Below are positions 56,257-64,000 of a stretch of 64,000 bases of DNA, in pieces (the stretch's first letter is position 1; the number at the start of each line of letters is the position of its first letter). Both the position numbers and the translations under genes were made by a program. Source of the DNA: Scenedesmus sp. PABB004 (Eukaryota); contig JABVCE010000003.1 of NCBI GenBank assembly GCA_014905635.1, positions 434,001 to 498,000 on the forward strand. The letters run 5' to 3'. Below the pieces are notes generated by a model. It did no database searches. It saw only the letters and a program-made list of their open reading frames with translations, and was not told where the DNA came from.

Positions 56257-58546
56257 TCACACCTTGCCGTTGATCTTTTGCAGGATGCGCTTGCCGTGCG
56301 GCGTGCCGCGCAGGCTGGGCAGGAAGGGCCGGATCGCGTCGACCAGGTCCTGGTGCAGCTGGCCGCTGCTGATGGCGAGCGCCGACTGCACGACGTAGTT
56401 GCCGTAGCTGTCCTGCAGCAGGCGCGGCAGCAGCGGGCTCGACAGCACCTCCTGGATGATGACCTGGCGCTCCGCGTCCAGGCCGCCCAGCTTCAGGCAC
56501 TTTTCAACCTGCGGCACCGCCGCGCCGCGGCAGCGAGAGCGAGCGCGGGGCGTGAGGCGCGGCGCAGCGCGGCGCGCGGCCCCCGCGCCGCGCGGCACGG
56601 TGGGCGACGGCGGCGGCGGCGCGGCGGCCCGCGGGCGCTCCGCTGCGCACCACGTTGCTGCTGAACTTCTGCATGCTCAGCTCGGCATAGTGCCCGACCA
56701 GCACCGCCATGACTGCGCGGCTGCTCTCCGTCTGGCCCAGCTCCAGCACGTACTGCACCACATAGTTGCCAAACGCGTCCTGGCTCAGCGGCAGCGCGTG
56801 GCGCGCGATCTCCGACACGAGCGCCGTCTTCTGGCTCGGCGTCGCAAAGTCAATGCAGCGCTGCAGCACGCAGCAGCCGTGGCGGTGCGTCGCGACCTCG
56901 ACGCAGTGCGCGCGCGCCGCGTCGTACACAAACTGGCTGTCGTCGGGGCCGAGGCGCTGCAGGCAGCGCTGCACGACGTGGTTGCCGTTGAGGTCCTTGA
57001 TGAGGGACACCACGCCGGGGCCGAGCGCCGAGATGACGAGCGCGCGCTGCTCGCGGCTGGTGAGCGTCTCGATGAGCTTCTGCACCGCGCGCGTGCCGTG
57101 CGTGTTCAGCGCGACCTCCACGACCTGCCCGCCCTCGCACACGCGGCGCAGCACCTCCAGGCGCTGCTCCTCGCTGCGCGTGGCGGCGGCGCGGGCGCGG
57201 CGGGCGGGGCGTGGGCGGGCCGCGCCGCGCCGCGCCCCGCGCCGCACGCCGCGGTGCCGCACCTGCAGCGGTCGAGCAGCTTCTGCACCAGGTAGTTGCC
57301 AAAGGGGTCCATCATGAGCTCGGTCGCGTGCTCGAGCAGCTCGCTGAACACCGCCGCGATCGCGGCGGCGCCGCCCTCGTCAAACTTGCGCTGCAGGAAG
57401 CGGCAGCCGTTCTGGTCCTGCGCGATGCTCAGCAGTTGCCCCGCGACCTCCTCGAGGTTGGCAAAGCGCGCCGAGAAGTGCGCGATGCCCTCGTCGTGGC
57501 TCGCCGCGTCCTTGTCGCGCTCGCGCCGCCCGCCGCCGAGCGCGCCGCCGCGGCTGTCGCGGCCGTCGCGGCCGTCGCGGCCGTCCTTGCCCTTGCCGCC
57601 GGCGCCCGCGCCGCCGCCGCGGCCGCGCCCCGGGTCGCCGCCGCGGCCGCTGTCGTCACGGTCGTAGCCGCCGCCGCCGTGCAGCATGCCGCCGCCGTCG
57701 CGGCCGCCGCCGTGGCCCATGTGCATGCGGCCCGCGCCCGCCGCCGCGGCCGCGGCCGCCGCCGCGGCCGCCGCCGCGGCCGCCGCCGCGGCCGCGGCGT
57801 TGCCCGGCCCGTAGGGCCCGTACGGGCCCTGCATGCCCGCCAGCTGCTGCTGCACCGCCGCCGCGAGCACCTGCTGCTGCAGGTGCGGCGGCATGTGCGC
57901 GCCGTATGGGCCCCCGAGCGCCGCCGCCTGCGCGGCCTGCAGGGCCGCGAGCTGCGGGTTGAGCCCGCCGCCGCCGGGCAGCATGCTCGGCTGGCTCATC
58001 AGCGCCGCCTGGTACGCCGCGGTGTAGGCGGCGAGGTACTCGGGGCTCTGCGCGATGCCCGCGCCCAGCAGCGGGTTGACGCCCGCCGCGGCGAGCTGCT
58101 GCTGCTGCAGCGCCGCCGCCGCGGCCGCCGCCGCCGCGGCCGCGGGTGGCGGGCTCATGCCGCCCATGCCGCCCAGGGCCGGGTGGCCCAGCTGCGGCGG
58201 CGGCGTGTGCCCCGCCGCGCCGCCGAGCGCGGGGTGGAGCTGCCCCGGGCTCGCCCCGCCGAGCGCCTGCAGCGCGGCTGCGCGGGCGGCGGCGGCACCG
58301 CGGCGGCGGCGGGCGTCAGCGCGGCGCGCCGGCGCGCCGACGGCACCGCCGCTGCCGCCGCCGCAGCGCGCGCCGGACGCGCGCCCGCGCATGCGCTCAC
58401 CGTCAAAGGGCGTGCCCGGTTTGCTGCCCATCTGCGCCAGCGCCGCGAGGTCGCCGTTGCCCAGCCGCGGCGCCGGCGAGCTGCCGCGCACGCCTGCGGG
58501 CGGGCGCCGCCGGGCGGCGGCCGGGCGCGAGAGGGGGCTGTGTGTG

Positions 58547-58595
<49 letters not shown>

Positions 58596-59398
58596 CGGCC
58601 GCAGCCCGGCCTCCCGTGGCCCCCGCGCCGCCGCGCCGCCGCGCCGCCGCGCCGCGCACCGAGCTGCTGGAACGCCTGCACCAGGTTGGGCCCCTGCTCC
58701 TGGATGACCTCCAGGCCTGCCGTCGGCGGCGGCGCGGCGTGAGGCGGCGCCCCGGCGCGCCGGCGCGCGCGGCGGCGGCGGGCCGCCGGGCGGCGGCGGT
58801 CGCGCACCGCCGGGCGTGAGGCCGCCCATGAGCAGCGCCGACTGGTTGGGCGGCGGCGTGGCGGAGCTGAGCATGCCCTGGTGGTGCTGCGCGAGGAGCT
58901 GCTTCTGCTGCAGCAGCCCCAGCTCGCTGTAGAGCGTGCGCCCCTCCACGGGGGGCGGCAGCTTGCGCTGGCCCGAGTACATCTCGTAAAAGCGCGCGTA
59001 GTCCTCATCGAAGCGAATGTCCGCGTGCTCTATGCCCGGCCAGCCACGGCCCGGGCCCTGCGCATCCGGCGCGCCCTGTGGGCGCGTCGGGGCGGCGCTC
59101 AGGGCGCCGCACTCGCCGATGCGCGCCCCAGCGCGCCGCCCGGTGCCCGGCGGCCCGCCGCACCGGCGGCCAGCGGTCCTGCAGGTGCGGGGGCGCCGAC
59201 GTGGCGCGCGGCACGTCCTCCAGGAGCTTGCTGATGTCCTTGTCATACTCCCCCCTGCGCGGCGCGCGCGGCGCGGCGCTGAGGCCCCGCGCCCGCCGCC
59301 AGCGCGCCCAGCGGCCGTTGGGCGGCGCCCCGGGCGCACCAATTCGGGCTGCTGCTCAGCAGGCCCGCGCTGCTGCTCGGGGGCGGCCCTGAGAACAT
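56257..59398 (-). CDS. Pumilio/PUF RNA-binding protein
   Basis: MFSGPPPSSS...W|GEYDKDISKLLEDVPRATSAPP; DIRFDEDYARFY...KLPPP; PUF repeats QDQNGCRFLQ, DPFGNYLVQKLL, NTHGTRAVQKLIE, DLNGNHVVQRCL, HRHGCCVLQRC, DAFGNYVVQY, QKFSSNVVEKCL, DSYGNYVVQSAL. Confidence 0.95.
58539..58588. repeat. (GT)n/(CA)n microsatellite in a Pumilio intron
   Basis: Long GT dinucleotide run. Confidence 0.9.
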
Positions 59399-60602
59399 CG
59401 CTGCCCGGCCGCAGGCGGCGCGCGCTACCAGTACATGCGCGCGGTCGATTCACCGCCGAGCCAGGGTCGGCGCCGGGTGGCGCAGGCAGAAGCAGCGCAC
59501 AGAACCTCGCCCGCGGGCTGAGCAATGCGCATGCTTGCACAGAGGCCCACGACCACAGCGCGCGAGCCGCACCCACGCCGCGCACCCGCGCCGCGCGCCC
59601 GGCCGCCGCAAGCGCGCGGAGCGGCGGGGCGCCGCCGGCGGCGGCGCGCGGAGCGCAGCGCGGCGGCGGCTGCAGCCGCCAGGCGTGGGTGGCCTCGCGC
59701 AGCGCTGCAAGCCCAGCCGGCCAGCTGCGCGGCGGCCGCAGGGCGCGCAGGGCGTGCCGCGCCGCGCCGCGCCGTGCGACGCCGCTGCCGAGCTGCTCCT
59801 GCCAGCGCCCGGCGCCGCCGCCGCTGCGCCTGCTGCCGCTGCCGTGCGCCCTCCTCCCGCCATCACAGCAGCAGCACGGCACCGGCTCCCAGCTGGCCGC
59901 GGGCCCGCGTGCAGCGCGCCGCGGCGCGTGCCGTGCGGCGGGCCGCGGTCCTGCAAGGCTGGCGCACGCAGCGAGCGGCCCGCGCTTGTAAGCAGCATGG
60001 CAGGCTTCAGGGTCTGCCGCCGACGGCACCGCGGCCGCGGCAGCACCGACCCGCGCCCACGCCGCCCACAGCCCCGCGCGCGAGGAGGAGGAGCGCCGCA
60101 CGCCCCGCCCGCGCCGCGCCGCCGCCGGAGAGCGCGACCGCGCGGAGAGGAGAGCGTCATGGTGTCCTGGCAGCGCCCGGCAGGCGATGCGTGCGGCGGC
60201 GCGCGCGGCAACGCGCCGTCGCGAGCGGCGGGCCGCGCCGCACGCAGCGCGAGGTGGGGCGCCGCATGCCCAGTCCCATGCCGCCTCCCCACGTGCTGCC
60301 CCGCGAGCGCGCCGCTGTGGCGGCGGCGGGGCGGCGGCGCGCGCGGGCCCCGCGGCGCGTTCGAGCGCCGCGCTTTGGGGCTCTCGCGCCGCGGCGCCGC
60401 GCCGCCGCCGCGCCGCCAGGGCCGCGCCCCGGGCCCGGCCGGGGGCACACCCTGCGCTCCCGCGTCGCCGCGCTCCGCGCAGGACCAGGCCTCGCCGAGA
60501 GGCCGCAGCAGCAGCGCGGGCCGTTCGAGCGCGGGCGCGCGCGCGTGCAGCCCCGCCCGCCCGCGGCGCGACGCGTTGCGGCAGCGCGCGTTCGCGGTGG
60601 CC

Positions 60603-63600
60603 ATGGCGGACCGGGACTGGGACCCCATGGAGGAGGACGGCGCCCCCGCGCTCGCGGCCGGTGATGAGGAGCTCGACTCCGACGAGGTCATCAACGAGCA
60701 GGCCGACGAGGCGGACGAGTCGGAGCTCCCCGAGTCCAAGGAGCCCACCGACGAGCCCGAGGTGCGGGGGGCCCTGGCGCGAGGTGGGAAGGGCCCGCGT
60801 GCTGCTGCTGATGGCGCGCCCGCCTGCCCCGCCCCGCCCGCCGCAAGGCCGAGGCCACCGTGGCCGAGGTGGCCAAGGCGGAGAAGGAGCGCCTGCGCCA
60901 GCAGCAGCAGCAGAAGAAGGAGATCATCGAGCGCATGCGCGCGGAGCAGAACACGCTCGCCGAGGACGGCGAGGTGCGCCGCCGACCGCGCGCGGCGCTG
61001 CGGCGGCGGCGCGGCAGCGGCGGCGGCGGCGCGGCGGGGCCCTGCTGCGCCGCCGCGCACCCCGGGCGGCCGCGCAGCGCGTGCGCCGCGCCGCGGGCGC
61101 CGCGGGCGCCGCGGGCGCCGAGCGCGGCTCGCCCGCGCGCGCGCCCGCGCGCCCCGCAGGCGGCGCGCACGCAGAACCGGCTGCAGTTCCTGCTGCGCCA
61201 GGCGGAGATCTTCCAGCACTTTGCGCCCGCGTCGGCGATGAAGGGCGCCAAGGCCGCCGCCAAGAAGTGCGGCGACGCGCGCGGCTGCCCGCGCGGCGGC
61301 AGCGGGGCAGCGGCGGCGCCGCCCGCGCTGCGCGCGCGCGCCGCGCCCGACCCCCGCCGCCGCGCCGCGCCGCGCCGCGCCGCGCCGCCAGGGGCCGCGG
61401 GCGCCACGCGCGCGACGAGGGCGACGAGGACGCGGAGCTGCTGCGCGACGAGGAGGACGAGGGCGGCGCGGCGACGGTGCACCGGCTGCAGGTGCAGCCG
61501 AGCATCCTCACGGGCGGCACGCTGCGCGAGTACCAGCTGCAGGGCCTCAACTGGCTCATCCACCTCTACGACAACGGCATCAACGGCATCCTCGCAGACG
61601 AGATGGTGCGCCGCGGCGGTGTGGTGGTGTGTGTGTGGGTGGGTGGGTGGGTGGGTGGGTGGGTGGGTGTGGGGAGGGGGGGGGGTGTCGTGGGCGTGGG
61701 CGGGGAGGCCCCCGGCGGCGCCGCGCCGCGCCGCGCCGCTCCCGCCCGCCGCTCACGCCTCGCCGCCGCCCGCGCCCCCGCACCCCCCGCGCCCGCACGC
61801 CCCGCGCGCCTCACGCGCAGGGCCTGGGCAAGACGCTGCAGACGATCAGCCTCGTCGCGTACCTGCACGAGTACCGCGGCATCAAGGGGCCCCACGTCGT
61901 CATCGTGCCAAAGTCGACGCTCGGCAACTGGATGAACGAGTTCAGGCGCGACACGCGGCGCTGCGGCGCTGCGGCGCAGGGAGGGGGCTGTTGTGGGGGC
62001 TGCAGGGAGGGCGGGGGAGGGCGGCGGCGGCGGCGCCGCGCGTCGAGCCAGCCGCGCACAGACGCAGCCTGCGTGCCCCTTGTCCACCCCCAGGCGCTTC
62101 TGCCCCGTCATCCGGTGCATCAAGTTCCACGGCAACCAGGAGGAGCGGGTGCGGCGCCGCGCGCGCGCGCAGCTCCTCGCGCGCGCTGCGCGCGCCGCGC
62201 GCCCCTGCCTCCGCGCAGGCCCGTCACTCCCTCCCTCCCTCGGGACCGACCGACCGACCTCCCTCCCTCCCCCTCCCTCCCTCCCTCCCCCTCCCCTCCC
62301 GCGCGCGCCGCGCGCCGCCGCGCGCGCCGCGCAGGAGGCCCAGAAGCTTGCGATGAGCCCGGGCGCGTTTGACGTGTGCGTGACGAGCTACGAGATGGTC
62401 ATCAAGGAGAAGGCCCACTTCCGCAAGTTCCACTGGCGCTACATCATCATCGACGAGGCCCACCGCATCAAGAACGAAAACTCACGCCTCTCGCAGGCGC
62501 GCACCGAGCGGGCGGCGGGGGAGGGCGCGGGAGCGGCGCGGGGGCGGCGCGGGGGAGGGAGGGCGCGCGGGGCTGGCGCGGTGCAGCGCAGGCTGCGCGG
62601 GCGGGGCGGCTGACGTGCGCGCCGCCGCGCCCTGCCCCCCCCCCCCCCCCCAGGTCGTGCGCCTGCTGCGCACCAACTACCGCCTCCTCATCACCGGCAC
62701 GCCCCTGCAGGCGCGCCCCAGCGCGGCGGGGCGGGGTGTAGCGCGGCGGGGCGGGGTGCAGCGCGGCGGGGCGGGGTGCAGCGCGGCGGGGCGCGGCAGG
62801 GCCCACGGCGGCGCCGGGGCGGCCGGCGGCGCGGGGTGCAGCGCGGCGGGGCGCAGCGCGCGCCCGGCCCCCCCGCCGCCGCCGCGGGGCCCCGCTGCCA
62901 CACCGCGCCGCACCGCACGAGCGCCGCCCACACGCCACGCCAAACACCGCACCGCAGAACAACCTGCACGAGCTCTGGGCGCTGCTCAACTTCCTGCTGC
63001 CCGAGGTCTTCAGCAGCAGCGAGAAGTTTGAGGAGTGGTTCTCCCTCGGCGATGGCGGCAAGGAGAAGGAGGCGGAGGTCGTGCAGCAGCTCCACAAGGT
63101 GCGCGCGCGCGTGTGGGGGTGGGGGTGTGGGCGGGGGGAGGCGGGCGGCGCGGCGGCGCGCCTCGCGCCGCCTCGCGCCGCCGCCCTGCCGCCCGCGCGC
63201 GCCGCGCGCCGCCACCGCCCGCGGCGCCGCCGCTGACCGCACCGCGCCGCCGCGTCCGCGCAGGTGCTGCGCCCGTTCCTGCTGCGGCGCGTGAAGAGCG
63301 ACGTTGAGCGCGGGCTGCCGCCCAAGAAGGAGACGATCCTCAAGATCGGCATGAGCGACATGCAGCGCAAGTGGTGCGCGCGCGGGGGCGGGCGTGCGTG
63401 GGTGTGTGGGTGGGTGGGGGTGGGGGCTGGGGGGGGCTGTGGGTGTGGGTGGGGGTGGGGGTGTGGGTGTGGGTGGGGGTGGGGGTGTGGCGGGGGCTGC
63501 GGCGGGGTGTGCCGGGGGTGCGGCGGTGTGGGGCGGCAGCAGGCGGCCAGCGGGGCGGCCGCGCCGCCGCGCCGGCAGCCGAGCCCCGCGGCGCCAGCCG

Positions 63601-64000
63601 CTGCCGCGCGCCGCCGCCGCCCACGCGCGCTGCCGCTCCCTGCCGCCGCTGCCGCTGCCGCCGCCGCGCCCGGGCGCAGGTACGCGGCGCTGCTGCAGAA
63701 GGACGTCGACGCGCTCAACGGCGGCGCCGACCGCTCGCGCCTGCTCAACGTGGTGATGCAGCTGCGCAAGTGCTGCAACCACCCCTACCTCTTCCAGGGC
63801 GCGGAGCCGGGCCCGCCCTTCATCACCGGTGCGCGGCGCCGCGGCGCGGCGTGGGGCGTGCGGGGGTGGATGGGTGTGCGTGTGTGGGTCTGGGTCTGGG
63901 TGTGGGTGTGTGGTGTGGCGGGTGCGCGGCGGCGCGGCGGGCCCTGCGCCGCGCCGCGCGCCCGACCACCCTGGTGCCCCCCCCCCTCCGCTCCCCCGCC
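60603..64000 (+). CDS. ISWI: ISWI-family SNF2 chromatin-remodelling ATPase (CHR11/17-like), 3'-partial
   Basis: [131 protein letters not shown]. Confidence 0.96.
62721..62850 (+). repeat. Intronic 20-bp minisatellite (GCGCGGCGGGGCGGGGTGCA-like)
   Basis: Three tandem copies plus partial copies in an ISWI intron. Confidence 0.75.

Noticed and set aside
59987..59991. Orphan + strand TGTAA in the Pumilio/ISWI divergent region
   Set aside because: No supportable upstream + strand gene; a lone 5-mer is insufficient.
999..63900. Introner-type mobile intron family
   Set aside because: Introns share only low-complexity CGCGC/GCC composition and splice ends; I saw no alignable shared sequence between genes.

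Overview
Eukaryotic nuclear DNA, extremely GC-rich (by eye roughly 80%), gene-dense and rich in short introns (mostly about 85-250 nt, GT-AG and GC-AG). The features fit a chlorophyte green alga; the Sphaeropleales-like assignment is inference. The long ORFs in the supplied track are mostly artefacts of GC content, so genes were rebuilt by splicing by eye. About 23 genes: a partial 3' end, RS-type SR splicing factor, UBC2/RAD6-like E2, Yar1-like ankyrin protein, DDX55/Spb4 helicase, Shaker-like K+ channel with CNBD and ankyrin repeats, IFT52, coiled-coil protein, CYSTM protein, TopBP1-like BRCT protein, F-box/SirB1/YccV protein, mTERF-like protein, UBA3, a DM10-like hypothetical, a second F-box protein, Nup133, BAHD acyltransferase, a secreted protein, trans-polyprenyl diphosphate synthase, auxilin-like J protein, Tim44-like protein, Pumilio, and a partial ISWI. 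No prokaryotic systems, CRISPR arrays, tRNA or rRNA were found. Most notable: an 853-bp near-identical direct repeat bracketing one gene (A-B-A) with a hairpin at its outer junction; frequent GC-AG introns; a candidate unproductive-splicing intron in the SR gene; recurrent one-base deficits in G/C runs (probably assembly errors); a K+ channel with a split CNBD; and an AT-rich double palindrome. I did not find firm evidence of a new biological system. CDS coordinates span start to stop, including introns.
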